Source of the DNA: an uncultured Candidatus Saccharibacteria bacterium
Lineage (GTDB): Bacteria; Patescibacteriota; Dojkabacteria; SC72
Direction: 5' to 3'
Assembly (NCBI GenBank): GCA_964480345.1
Contig: CAYZNW010000004.1
Location: 27,962-91,961, forward strand
Length of the DNA: 64,000 nt
The position numbers and the translations under genes are program-made. How positions within the stretch are numbered: the stretch's first letter is position 1; the number at the start of each line of letters is the position of its first letter. Below are positions 18,805-29,149 of the stretch, piece after piece. The notes under the pieces are model-generated. The model made no database searches and was not told where the DNA came from. It was given only the letters and a program-made list of their open reading frames with translations.

Positions 18805-19948
18805 AATCGTTGTAACAGGTGGAGGATCAGGAGGACATGTCTCTTGTGCTAGTGCAATAATCTCAGGGTTACAGGAAAGATACAATCTTACAGATCAAAA
18901 CTTCATGTATGTTGGAGGAGATTTAGGACTTTCTGGAGAGAGAGACTCAAAATCCTTAGAGATGAAATATTTTGAAAAAGCTAATTTCAATACTAAATAC
19001 ATTAGAGCAGGCAAGCTACAAAGAGTATTTAGTGTAAAAACGATACTCCTTCTTCTCCGGACTATCTTAGGTTTTGCAGATTCTTTCAAAATATTTAGAA
19101 AATTCAAACCCACAGTCATTATTTCTACTGGAGGATTTACCTCAGTCCCTGTATGTATTGTAGGCAAAATTTTTGGAGCAAAAATATATATCCATGAACA
19201 AACAGCAACCGTTGGTTTAGCAAACAAAATAGTTTCTAAAATATCAGAAAAGATATTTCTAACATACCAGATATCCGAGAAATATTTCAAAAAAGAGAAA
19301 ACCATATATACTGGTTGCCCTGTTAGAAAGAGTATATTTTCGAAGGAAGGCACAGGAGAGCATACCTCTGATTTCAAAGAGATGATAGCCAAAAAAGAGA
19401 AATTACCAATAATATATGTCTCAGGAGGAGGTTTAGGTTCTCATCTCATAAATAAAGTAGTTATACAAAACCTGAGTAAGTTACTTCAGAAATATCAGAT
19501 AGTTCTACAAACAGGAGAGAGTAAAACATACAATGATTTTGATTTAGCAAAGGAAGAGAAAGAAAATCTAGCAGAAGAATTAAAAGATAGATTTCTTCCA
19601 GTTAAATATATTACTGAAGAGTGGATAGGCTTTCTTTACAACAATATAGATATATATGTTGGTAGAGCAGGAGCAAACAGTGTCTACGAGATAGGAGTAT
19701 TACAAATACCATCTGTATTCATACCTATACCGTGGGTAACTCATAACGAACAGGAGGAGAATGCAAAGATCTTAGTCAATTTAGGATTAAGCACCATTAT
19801 TAATGAATCCTCACTTTCAATAGATACATTGTTAGAAGCATTAGAAAAAACAGATCTCAAAAACAGTGGTATTGATACAGTAAAATTAGGAGAAACATTT
19901 AAGACAAACGCGGTTGAAGATATTTTAAACAGTATATATATAAAATAA
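18785..19948 (+). CDS. murG: UDP-GlcNAc:lipid I N-acetylglucosaminyltransferase MurG
   Basis: GGGSGGHV N-terminal motif and GT28 architecture. Overlaps the ftsW stop. Confidence 0.85.
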   Translation: MRNIEDRIVVTGGGSGGHVSCASAIISGLQERYNLTDQNFMYVGGDLGLSGERDSKSLEMKYFEKANFNTKYIRAGKLQRVFSVKTILLLLRTILGFADSFKIFRKFKPTVIISTGGFTSVPVCIVGKIFGAKIYIHEQTATVGLANKIVSKISEKIFLTYQISEKYFKKEKTIYTGCPVRKSIFSKEGTGEHTSDFKEMIAKKEKLPIIYVSGGGLGSHLINKVVIQNLSKLLQKYQIVLQTGESKTYNDFDLAKEEKENLAEELKDRFLPVKYITEEWIGFLYNNIDIYVGRAGANSVYEIGVLQIPSVFIPIPWVTHNEQEENAKILVNLGLSTIINESSLSIDTLLEALEKTDLKNSGIDTVKLGETFKTNAVEDILNSIYIK

Positions 19949-19960
19949 ATTGATAAATCT

Positions 19961-21253
19961 ATGGCAAACTTAATTGTAAGAGGAGGGAACAAATTAGTAG
20001 GAGAGATTACTCCAGCAGGTAATAAAAATTCAGCACTCCCCATAATTTGTGCATCTTTACTTACAAATGAAGATGTTACCATTAGGAACATGCCTGATAT
20101 TACAGATGTTGCGAAGCTACTAGATTTAATGAAATCCTTAGGCTCATCAATTACATGGGATAAAGAGAATTTTGTCTTAAAGATAAATAACTCAAACTTT
20201 AAAGAAGATTTCGGTAAAGAATCATTTCCATTAGGAATGAGAGGTGCAGTTTTGCTACTAGGACCTCTAGTTACAAGAATGAAAAAGATAGAGATAAAAG
20301 AGGAGATAGGAGGGTGTGCTTTAGGAATCAGAGAGATAGATCCTCATCTAGAGGTTTTGAAAGAGCTAAATGTAAATATTGAAACAAATGGTTCTATCAA
20401 AATAAATACTGAGAATGGATTGAAAGCAGGCAAACTGTGGCAAGAGTATATGAGTGTAACTACTACTGAGAACTTCCTCATGGCAGCATCAAAAGCCAAA
20501 GGTATTTCCACAATGGTAAATGCTGCATCAGAACCTCATGTACAAGATTTATGTAACTTTCTAATCAGCATGGGTGCTAAGATAACTGGAGTAGGAAGCT
20601 CTATCTTGACTGTAGAGGGAGTAGAGGAGTTACACGGTGCTGACTTTACCATATCCTCAGATCATCATGAGATTACAACTATGTTGGCACTAGGAGCTAT
20701 AACAGGAGGGGAGATTAAAGTACATAATGCTATACCTGAACATTTCCCATTGATTGTTAAAGAGTTTAAGAAGTTTGGTGTAGATATTTCATATAACCAG
20801 GATACTGCTTCTGTAAAAGATTGTGATAGATTACTGATTGAACAACCGTATACAAAGAATATGCTTCCTAAAATAGAAGCAGCTCCATGGCCATACTTTC
20901 CTGCTGATTTAATGCCATTAATGATCGCTCTTGCTGTAAAAGCAGATGGAAGCATAATGTTTTGGAACAAGCTGTATGAAGGAGGTTTCTTCTGGATACC
21001 TGAGATGATTAAATTTGGATCTCATATAGTTATGTGTGATCCACATCGAGTAATAGTGTATGGAAACAAACCGCTATCTCCTGCAAAGGTAGTAGCTCCA
21101 AATATCATTAGAGCCACTGTTGCTTTAGCTATGGTAGCACTCTCTATTGATGGTGAGAGTGTAATAGAAAACGCAGATGCTATTAGAAGAGCCCATCCAA
21201 ACTTCACAGAGAATTTACAGAAGCTAGGAGCAGATATCGAGTGGACTGAGTAA
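19961..21253 (+). CDS. murA: UDP-N-acetylglucosamine 1-carboxyvinyltransferase MurA
   Basis: LIVRGGNKLVGEI..AGNKNSALPI EPT-family N-terminus, 430 aa. Confidence 0.9.
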   Translation: MANLIVRGGNKLVGEITPAGNKNSALPIICASLLTNEDVTIRNMPDITDVAKLLDLMKSLGSSITWDKENFVLKINNSNFKEDFGKESFPLGMRGAVLLLGPLVTRMKKIEIKEEIGGCALGIREIDPHLEVLKELNVNIETNGSIKINTENGLKAGKLWQEYMSVTTTENFLMAASKAKGISTMVNAASEPHVQDLCNFLISMGAKITGVGSSILTVEGVEELHGADFTISSDHHEITTMLALGAITGGEIKVHNAIPEHFPLIVKEFKKFGVDISYNQDTASVKDCDRLLIEQPYTKNMLPKIEAAPWPYFPADLMPLMIALAVKADGSIMFWNKLYEGGFFWIPEMIKFGSHIVMCDPHRVIVYGNKPLSPAKVVAPNIIRATVALAMVALSIDGESVIENADAIRRAHPNFTENLQKLGADIEWTE

Positions 21254-21258
21254 AGCAA

Positions 21259-22641
21259 TTAAATAGCACCTAGTTTCTTAAGATAGTCTGGAATCCTATA
21301 CAAACTCAGAGAGTTACTTCCTTTTAGTAGTATCGCAACTTTTTGACCATTTAACTCACTTAAGCGAGAGTTAAGCAATGCGGCAACTTCATCTGCAGAT
21401 TCTACTAACTCTCCAATACCGAAATCTTTCATATTATCTCCTACATAGTACACTTCATTAAAATCACAATCCTTAACTAACTGACCTATTTCTTTATGCT
21501 TAGAGCAAGAGATATATCCTAGCTCCTTCATATCACCCAGAACTGCTATTGTATGATATTCAGATTTAAACAATTTGCAGAAAGTTTCTAATGAGATCTC
21601 CATAGAAGATGGGTTTGCATTGTATGCATCATTTACAATTACGATGTTATCTCCATACTGTAACTTTTCAAATCTTCCATCTGAGCTATTAAAATCAGCT
21701 AGAGATTTTATACAGTTATCTAAGCTAACCCCAAGCATATTAGCAACTATGATAGATGCCATGGCATCATACACAAAACCTTCTCCATACACTTTTAAGT
21801 CTACATCTAATGTGTTGTCATGATAGTAAGTAAATTTAAAATGTGTGCCTGATTCGTCAACTGATACGTCACTAATTCTAAAATCTGAGTTTTGATCTTT
21901 ACCAAAAGTAGTTAAGGGATAATCACCTGTATATACATCGTAGATTCTGCGAAGCATTTCGTCATCAATATTTAATACTAATGGTTTACCAACTCTTCTC
22001 ATGAAATCTGCAAGATCCTTCTTCTCCTCATATATATCTTCTATACTCCCTATCTTTTCTGCATGAACAAAACCTATGTTTAGCAATACTCCAATATCAG
22101 GATCTACTGAATTTACATGCCAGGCTATTTCTCCTTTCATATCCATAGCGCACTCAAGTACTATTACATCCTCATCTTCTAATTTGCTAAGTAGGGCAGC
22201 ATTACCCCATACAGTGTTAGAATAATCAGACCAGAGGACTTTCTTTTCAGATTCTAATATTTTAACTAACATTCTTTTAGTTGTAGATTTACCTGTACTA
22301 CCAGCAATAGCTACTATTGGTTGTTTAATAGAGGAGGTTGCATAGTTAAGCACTTTTTCTAAACCTTCTTCTATACTATCAACAAGAATAATTGGTTTGT
22401 TAGATTCAGCAATATACTCTCTCTTAGATCCTTCACAAAATGAAGCTGAAGCTCCTGCATCTAATGCATTTTTAATAAAGACATGGCCATCAAATTTCTC
22501 TCCTACGATAGGGATATATATACTTCCTTTTACGTCACTCCTTGTATCATAGCTAAAGCTTGTAAAGTATGCTGATTCGTCATAGTTTTCTATTTCAAAT
22601 TCTGGGAATCTCTCTTTGATATCTTTAAGAAAAATTTTCAT
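21259..22641 (-). CDS. murF: Mur ligase, MurF-like (UDP-MurNAc-tripeptide D-Ala-D-Ala ligase)
   Basis: Mur ligase P-loop IVAIAGSTGKSTTKRML and downstream ligase core. MurF-like N-terminal domain (IPIVGEKFDGHVFI). Confidence 0.65.
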   Translation of the reverse strand: MKIFLKDIKERFPEFEIENYDESAYFTSFSYDTRSDVKGSIYIPIVGEKFDGHVFIKNALDAGASASFCEGSKREYIAESNKPIILVDSIEEGLEKVLNYATSSIKQPIVAIAGSTGKSTTKRMLVKILESEKKVLWSDYSNTVWGNAALLSKLEDEDVIVLECAMDMKGEIAWHVNSVDPDIGVLLNIGFVHAEKIGSIEDIYEEKKDLADFMRRVGKPLVLNIDDEMLRRIYDVYTGDYPLTTFGKDQNSDFRISDVSVDESGTHFKFTYYHDNTLDVDLKVYGEGFVYDAMASIIVANMLGVSLDNCIKSLADFNSSDGRFEKLQYGDNIVIVNDAYNANPSSMEISLETFCKLFKSEYHTIAVLGDMKELGYISCSKHKEIGQLVKDCDFNEVYYVGDNMKDFGIGELVESADEVAALLNSRLSELNGQKVAILLKGSNSLSLYRIPDYLKKLGAI

Positions 22642-22905
22642 TGAATAAATAGTTAATTTATCTGTTTATACAATATATCTTAATGAAGAAATTTACAACA
22701 GGAGAAATAACTTCTTTAGTGTCAATAGAACCGTAATAGAACAACATGTCAACCTACATATTTCAATAACAGTATTAAAATATCTACGGGTTTAAATAAA
22801 TATTCATATAATTTTATTAAACATTAGAAAAAAATATTTTTTCCCATTAAAACACCCTTAAATAGAAGCCTAGAGAAAAATAACAAACCCTATAACTCTT
22901 TTCTC

Positions 22906-22934
22906 TTGACGAGTCAGATTCCCAGTGTTAAATT
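22906..22934 (+). promoter_or_regulatory. Near-consensus sigma-70-type promoter for the mraZ operon (-35 TTGACG, 17-nt spacer, -10 TAAATT)
   Basis: TTGACG at 22906..22911 and TAAATT at 22929..22934, about 48 nt upstream of the mraZ ATG. Confidence 0.45.
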
Positions 22935-22981
22935 AGTGGCAGGAAGTGGAAAAAAGTGGAAAGAGATGATATAGTAGATTC

Positions 22982-23425
22982 ATGCTAATAGGAGAATACA
23001 AAAGTAAAGTAGCAGAAAAGAAAAGAGTCTCACTTCCAAAAAAGTTTAGAGATGAGATAGGAGATGATCTCATCCTAACAAGAGGCTATGAACAAGCTTT
23101 AATACTGGTAAACAAAAAGCTTTGGAAAAACATAGCAAAAGAAGTAATAAATGGCTCTTTCACAAACAAAGATATTAGAGACACAAGTAGATTCCTAGTA
23201 GGAGGAGCAAAAGAGATAGAGATGGATACACAGGGAAGATTTGTAATACCAACCCCCCTTTATGACCATGCAAAGTTAAAAGAGGACATTGTATTCCTAG
23301 GATTAATAAATTGGATAGAAATATGGGATTTATCAAAATGGGAAGAAAGACTCAAATATTTAGAAAAGCATGGTGATGAAATAGCTCAAGAGATAAATAA
23401 AATAGGAAGCAAAACTAATGAATAA
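22982..23425 (+). CDS. mraZ: Transcriptional regulator MraZ
   Basis: MLIGEYKSK...RVSLPKKFRDEIG and a second RFVIPTPL module (two MraZ/SpoVT-AbrB repeats). Confidence 0.85.
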   Translation: MLIGEYKSKVAEKKRVSLPKKFRDEIGDDLILTRGYEQALILVNKKLWKNIAKEVINGSFTNKDIRDTSRFLVGGAKEIEMDTQGRFVIPTPLYDHAKLKEDIVFLGLINWIEIWDLSKWEERLKYLEKHGDEIAQEINKIGSKTNE

Positions 23426-24305
23426 AATACATGTACCTGTACTTCTAAAAGAATCAATAGATTCATTAAATATCAAACCTGATGGCTTCTATATAGATGG
23501 AACATTAGGAGATGGAGGTCACTCTCTAGCCATATTACAGAAACTCTCACCAAAAGGATTACTTGTCAGTACTGATCAAGATCAATACGCTATCGACTTT
23601 GTTAAAGAGTATTACAAAAACGAAATAACAGAGAATTGGAAAATAGTTAAATCCAATTTTAAGAATATAAATAAGATAGCAAAAGAGATAGGTAGGGAAG
23701 TTGACGGAATCTTACTAGATATAGGGATATCATCTAGACAGCTAGAAGAGTCAAACGACAGAGGATTTAGCTACCTAGAACCAGAAGAGCAACTAGATAT
23801 GAGAATGGATAGAGATTTAGGAGTAACAGCAAAAGATCTAATCAACGCACTTTCAGTACAGGAACTATCATATATATTTAAAAAATATGGAGAAGAGAAA
23901 TTTGCTACTAAGATAGCAAAAGAGATAAAAAAAGAAACCTCTAATATCAATACCGTAGGAGATCTCACAAGAATTATCTACAAAGTAGTGCCGGCAGATA
24001 ACTCTAACCTTAAGAACCCTTCTCGCAGAGTCTTTCAGGCTCTGCGAATCGTGGTAAACGATGAGTTAGATAGTCTTACAGATGCTTTAGAAAATTCTTT
24101 TGAGATCTTAACAAAAAATGGAAGAATCTCCGTAATATCCTTCCATTCATTAGAAGACCGAATAATTAAACAATTTTTTGTAGAAAAACAGAGAAGCGGT
24201 GAGGGTACTTTGTTGAATAAGAATCATATAGCCCCAACCGATGAGGAAATTCAACAGAATCCCAGAGCCGCTTCAGCAAAATTAAGAACATTAATTAAAA
24301 ATTAA
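23418..24305 (+). CDS. rsmH: 16S rRNA m4C1402 methyltransferase RsmH (MraW)
   Basis: HVPVLLKE...DGTLGDGGHS N-terminal signature. Start overlaps the mraZ stop. Confidence 0.9.
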   Translation: MNKIHVPVLLKESIDSLNIKPDGFYIDGTLGDGGHSLAILQKLSPKGLLVSTDQDQYAIDFVKEYYKNEITENWKIVKSNFKNINKIAKEIGREVDGILLDIGISSRQLEESNDRGFSYLEPEEQLDMRMDRDLGVTAKDLINALSVQELSYIFKKYGEEKFATKIAKEIKKETSNINTVGDLTRIIYKVVPADNSNLKNPSRRVFQALRIVVNDELDSLTDALENSFEILTKNGRISVISFHSLEDRIIKQFFVEKQRSGEGTLLNKNHIAPTDEEIQQNPRAASAKLRTLIKN

Positions 24306-24310
24306 GAAAA

Positions 24311-24616
24311 ATGAAGATACCTGCCCCAAAATCTAGAAACACATCAATATTTATTTTTGTGATTGCTCTATCCTCCTTCATACTCTCCCAACTAATCATT
24401 AACTCAATACTTGCTCCCCTTGGTACAGATCTTCAGAATTTAAACAGAGAGAAAAACTATCTAGTAGAGGAGAACAGAACAATGGAAGAGCAAATAGCTA
24501 AAGCTAACTCCATAACTGTAATACAGAAGCTAGCAGACAAATCTTTGTCTTTGACTACTGGTTCAAAAACTGTTGTATACTTAGAGAAAGATCCTCTAGT
24601 TGCAAATCGACAGTAA
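24311..24616 (+). CDS. ftsL: Cell division protein FtsL-like (single TM plus coiled coil)
   Basis: Small bitopic protein located between rsmH and ftsI. Its TAATG stop/start overlap with ftsI. Confidence 0.55.
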   Translation: MKIPAPKSRNTSIFIFVIALSSFILSQLIINSILAPLGTDLQNLNREKNYLVEENRTMEEQIAKANSITVIQKLADKSLSLTTGSKTVVYLEKDPLVANRQ

Positions 24617-26448
24617 TGACAAAACTCAATCATCTGTACAAAAAAAACAAATCAACAAGAAAGAGAAAGAGTTTCTCTTTACCAAACCTCTCAGGAATTA
24701 CCATATTAGCTTTAGGAGTATCATTAGTAGGTTTGATCATAATCGTACAAGCATTTAGATGGCAAATCATTTATGCAGAGAAGTTTAGAAGCCTTTCAAA
24801 AAATCAGTATGCTACTAGTGAGAAAGAAATCGCACAGAGAGGAAAAGTAGAAGCTATAGATGGTACAACATTAGCGATAGATCAACCTGTTTGGAATATA
24901 TATGCAACATTAAGTATGAATGAGCCAGAAAGAAAACTTTTCTTCAGTAAAAAAGATAAATTTGCTGCTGAGGTCTCTGGAATTTTAAATATTCCATTAG
25001 AAGAGGTTAGCACTAAGCTTACAGATGATTTTGTGTACGCCCCATTAGCGAAAGGGGTATCTACAGAGAAGAAGAAAGCACTTCAAGAAGCAAATATCTT
25101 TGGAGAAGATAAACGAGGATTTGGTCTCTACTTTGAAAGAGAAGAGCAGAGAACATATCCAAACGGTTCATTAGCAGCACATATTTTAGGATTTCTAGGA
25201 AAAAACAGTGAGGGAGAGCAGATAGGACAGTATGGGGTACAAGGATACTACTTTAGAGATATTACAGGAAAAGCAGGATACTCATATGAAGAGAAAGACT
25301 CGTCTGGCAATGTCATTTTGACATCAGAGTACGAACCTGTACTTCCTAGAAGTGGAAAAGATTTTAAATTAACCATACTTCCAAGTATTCAAAGTAAAGT
25401 AGAAAACATTCTAGAGCAGGGTGTTAAATATGCTAGAGCTAAAAGTGGGACAGCTATAATTATGAATCCTAAAACAGGAGCTATCATAGCCATGGCAAAT
25501 TACCCAACATACAATCCTGCAGAGTATTGGAGAGTTTCAGAATCATGGGTGTTAAAAAACAGGGCTGTATCTGATGTTTACGAATACGGATCTGTACATA
25601 AACCAATTACAGCAGGTATTGGCATAGAGACTAATGCAATAGATAAAGATTATAAGTGTGATGACAATACAGGCTCCTTAGATCTTTACAAAGTAACAGG
25701 CTATGAGGATTTAAAAGGACAAAAGGTATACACATGGAATCGTAAGCCTGCAGGGCTTCAAGATATTGCAGATATTTTCAAAAATTCAAATAACCCATGT
25801 ACAGCTCAAATAGCTTTGAAAGTTAACTCATTAGAGTACTACTCATATCTCAAAGATTTTGGTATTGGAGAATTTATTGGAATAGGGGTGCAAGATGAGG
25901 CAACAAGCTACATGAAGCCTTTTGATTACTGGACAAGATTAGATATCATAACTTCATCATACGGACAAAGTATTGCTGCTACTCCACTTCAGGTGCTTTC
26001 GGCATTAAGCACATTTGCAAATAATGGAGAGAGAATGAGACCGTACATAATCTCAGAGATTTCTGATGAGAAGGAAACGATTAAAATTGAGCCTAAAGTT
26101 CTTTCTACACCTGTATCAAAGAAAACTGCAAATGAAGTAAAAGATGCACTAACTGTAGCAGTAGAAAGAGATTCTCTTGGAGGATTAGCCAAAGGCTTAG
26201 AGCAGTACAGTATTGCTGCGAAGACTGGAACGGCTCAGGTACTCGATACTTTAAAAGGTGGTTACAAGAGTCATGCTACAAACGATACTGTAGTAGGTTT
26301 CGCTCCTGCAGACGATCCTAAAATGATTATGTTAGTGAAGCTAGAAGAGCCTCAGATAGCTAACTATGCAACATTAACAACAGTCCCAATATGGAAAGAT
26401 ATTTTTCTGGAGATAGCAGACAATCTGGAAATATCAAAGAAAAACTGA
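24616..26448 (+). CDS. ftsI: Class B penicillin-binding protein (FtsI/PBP2-type transpeptidase)
   Basis: N-terminal TM, PBP dimerisation region, and a transpeptidase SxxK (GSVHKP) context. Confidence 0.8.
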   Translation: MTKLNHLYKKNKSTRKRKSFSLPNLSGITILALGVSLVGLIIIVQAFRWQIIYAEKFRSLSKNQYATSEKEIAQRGKVEAIDGTTLAIDQPVWNIYATLSMNEPERKLFFSKKDKFAAEVSGILNIPLEEVSTKLTDDFVYAPLAKGVSTEKKKALQEANIFGEDKRGFGLYFEREEQRTYPNGSLAAHILGFLGKNSEGEQIGQYGVQGYYFRDITGKAGYSYEEKDSSGNVILTSEYEPVLPRSGKDFKLTILPSIQSKVENILEQGVKYARAKSGTAIIMNPKTGAIIAMANYPTYNPAEYWRVSESWVLKNRAVSDVYEYGSVHKPITAGIGIETNAIDKDYKCDDNTGSLDLYKVTGYEDLKGQKVYTWNRKPAGLQDIADIFKNSNNPCTAQIALKVNSLEYYSYLKDFGIGEFIGIGVQDEATSYMKPFDYWTRLDIITSSYGQSIAATPLQVLSALSTFANNGERMRPYIISEISDEKETIKIEPKVLSTPVSKKTANEVKDALTVAVERDSLGGLAKGLEQYSIAAKTGTAQVLDTLKGGYKSHATNDTVVGFAPADDPKMIMLVKLEEPQIANYATLTTVPIWKDIFLEIADNLEISKKN

Positions 26449-26480
26449 GATAATTTTAAATAATATTTTTAATTACTAAC

Positions 26481-27512
26481 ATGACTGAAATACTCAAAAC
26501 ATCACTAGAAGCCCTATTCATATCATCATTAGCATCAGCTCTCATAGCTCCAATTATGATTAATCTTCTTTACAAATTCGGTCAAGTTAGTGGCATAACA
26601 AAATCAAAAATAGGTGGAGGAGAGGGAGATAACACTCTATTTATGAAAATAATGAAGAGTACAACTACCAATGGTACTCCAAATATGGGAGGGATGTTAA
26701 TATGGATAGTAGTACCAATAATTACATTGATATTACTACCTGTAACTGAGATAAGTAGAATCTTTTTAATAGGTTTCTCTCTCTTTGGTCTATGGGGATT
26801 CATAGATGTTGTGGTATTTACAAACGGTTTTAAAAAGAACGAGAAGATGAGAGTGTTGCAAGAGTCATTTGAATGGAGACTTTTCAAACTTTGTTTTGCT
26901 ATGTTAATGAATATTGGGATTATGTTTCTTCTTAAAAGAAGTGGGTATATATCATCAATAAATATCATAGATAGCTTAGCATTAAACTTTACTCCTATCA
27001 TAGCGATTATCTCTGGTGTAGTAGGGCAGTTTGCAATATATTCAGCTGAGCTCTCTGATGGAGCAGATGGTTTGATGATAGGTATATTCATCATAATCAC
27101 AGTAGGAATGAGTACATTACTTCTAATACAGGGTAAATATGACTTCCTACCAATATTAGGAATAATACTAGGAGTACAATTAGTCGATCTTTACTTTAAT
27201 ATTCCTCCTGCAAGATTTTGGAATGGAGGACCTGGAGCTATGCCACTAGGCTTTGCGATGTACTTCATAGCTTTTGCTACAAATAATCTAATTCCTTACT
27301 TCTTGATGAGTTCAATAACTTGGATTATTATGCTTTCTAGTATGATGCAGATAGTTAGCATGAAGTTTTTCCATAGAAGAGTATTTAAGATAGCTCCAAT
27401 ACATCACCACTTTCAAGCAAACGGCTGGCCACAATACAAAGTAGTTATGAGATTCTGGTTGTTTGCTCTGTTTACAAGCATAATAGGAATATATATTGGG
27501 ATAGCTATCTAG
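26481..27512 (+). CDS. mraY: Phospho-N-acetylmuramoyl-pentapeptide transferase MraY
   Basis: C-terminal HHHFQANGWPQYKVVMRFW (MraY HHH motif). Polytopic membrane protein. Confidence 0.85.
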   Translation: MTEILKTSLEALFISSLASALIAPIMINLLYKFGQVSGITKSKIGGGEGDNTLFMKIMKSTTTNGTPNMGGMLIWIVVPIITLILLPVTEISRIFLIGFSLFGLWGFIDVVVFTNGFKKNEKMRVLQESFEWRLFKLCFAMLMNIGIMFLLKRSGYISSINIIDSLALNFTPIIAIISGVVGQFAIYSAELSDGADGLMIGIFIIITVGMSTLLLIQGKYDFLPILGIILGVQLVDLYFNIPPARFWNGGPGAMPLGFAMYFIAFATNNLIPYFLMSSITWIIMLSSMMQIVSMKFFHRRVFKIAPIHHHFQANGWPQYKVVMRFWLFALFTSIIGIYIGIAI

Positions 27513-28210
27513 TTACACTTTACAGTAGATGGCTCGCAGGTACATATCTGCTGTTTGCTAATAGATTCAAAGACATCTCCTATACCGTACAGGGTTCCAT
27601 TATAGTAACAGCTATTTAAATCAAACAGTTTTCCCTCCTCACTTCTATACATAATTGAGAATGAATCTAATTTTGGAATTGTAATATCCAAAATAGTGTA
27701 AATATTACTAATTAAACATGGTGTATCGTAAACCGAAGTATCACGATTAGTTAAAGTTGTTAATACTAGAGCATTTTCTCTTAATTCATAAAAACCTGTC
27801 TGTACTGGAGGATTACCATCAGATGTACAGTATGATTCTCTTTCAAAATATACATATATACTGTGCGGATTATGATTTACATCTCCTAAACTAACTTTTG
27901 AGCTATCACTTCCTCTTTCTAACTTTCTAACAAAAGCGTAGGAGAAATCTAAATTTTCTGTATTAAAAGAATCATATGACAAAACCCTTTTCTCATCTTC
28001 ACATTTCACCCCTTCAGCTCCAAAACATCTACAGTTAGCAAACTCTTTATACCCCTCTAGAATATCTCCCTCTTTGTAATATATACCGTTGAAAAGACAG
28101 CTATCTTTTCTCATTTCTCTTGATATTGAAATATACAGTACAAACAGAGAGGTAACAAAAAGAAAAACAGTAATTAACAGTAACCAATTCCTATTTTTCT
28201 CTCTTGCCAT
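27509..28210 (-). CDS. Secreted/anchored protein with a duplicated Cys motif domain
   Basis: N-terminal TM NWLLLITVFLFVTSLFVLYISI. Two copies of C..NG.Y...GD......C.C.....VKC (CLFNGIYYKEGD...CRCFGAEGVKCE and CYYNGTLYGIGD...CTCEPSTVKCN). Confidence 0.5.
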   Translation of the reverse strand: MAREKNRNWLLLITVFLFVTSLFVLYISISREMRKDSCLFNGIYYKEGDILEGYKEFANCRCFGAEGVKCEDEKRVLSYDSFNTENLDFSYAFVRKLERGSDSSKVSLGDVNHNPHSIYVYFERESYCTSDGNPPVQTGFYELRENALVLTTLTNRDTSVYDTPCLISNIYTILDITIPKLDSFSIMYRSEEGKLFDLNSCYYNGTLYGIGDVFESISKQQICTCEPSTVKCN

Positions 28211-28261
28211 AATGATTAGATTCTACCACAAATAGAGAGCATATGTGATACAATCTACCTT

Positions 28262-29149
28262 ATGCATGACTCACATATTCATTTAACAAGAGAGCCTTTG
28301 CTTTCAAATATTGCCGAGATTGTAGATAGATTTGTAGAGAATAACGGTAAATATATACTATCTCAGGTTACTCATGTAGATGATTTTGATAACAATTTGG
28401 CTTTAACAAATCAATTTCCAAATATAGTGCAAACAGCTATAGGAATACATCCAACTGTATTTGAAGAGATGACTTTAGCAAACAGCTTAGCTGATGAAGA
28501 GAAAACAGATATATATATTAAAGGTCAGAGTGAGATAGAGAAATTTGAAAAATATTTATCTACACACAGAAAAGAAATCTCTGCAATTGGAGAGTGTGGA
28601 CTAGATTACTATGAATTTAACATAAACACATCATATACAGAAGAGCAAAAAGAACAATTAAAAGAGATACAGAAATTAGCTTTCAGAAAACATTTACAGT
28701 TAGCAAAAGAATTTAATCTACCATTAAGTATTCATGCTAGAGATAGCTATGAATCTAATCAGTGTGTAGAGGATGTGATACGAATAGTAGCAGAGGAGGG
28801 GAATGGAACATTGAAAGGAGCTTTTCACTGCTATACAGGAGATATTAAGTTTCTATATGACATATTAGATTTAGGATTCCATATTGGTTTTAATGCAATC
28901 ATTACATACAAGAGTGGAGAGAGTGTAAGAGAGATATTGAAGGCTACACCGTTAGACAGAATCCTGTTTGAAACAGATGGTCCATTTCTACCACCTCAAT
29001 CTGTTAGAAAAGATAGTCATATTAAAGAAAAATTCGCACAACCGTATGATATAAAAGAGATAATGGAAGTAGCTATTGAATTAAAAGATGTAACCTATGA
29101 CAAGTTAGAGAGAAGTACCGATCAAAATTACGAACTACTTTTTCTTTAA
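28262..29149 (+). CDS. tatD: TatD-family metal-dependent hydrolase
   Basis: HIHLT, GECGLDYY, FHCYTG, ETDGPFL motifs. Confidence 0.85.
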   Translation: MHDSHIHLTREPLLSNIAEIVDRFVENNGKYILSQVTHVDDFDNNLALTNQFPNIVQTAIGIHPTVFEEMTLANSLADEEKTDIYIKGQSEIEKFEKYLSTHRKEISAIGECGLDYYEFNINTSYTEEQKEQLKEIQKLAFRKHLQLAKEFNLPLSIHARDSYESNQCVEDVIRIVAEEGNGTLKGAFHCYTGDIKFLYDILDLGFHIGFNAIITYKSGESVREILKATPLDRILFETDGPFLPPQSVRKDSHIKEKFAQPYDIKEIMEVAIELKDVTYDKLERSTDQNYELLFL

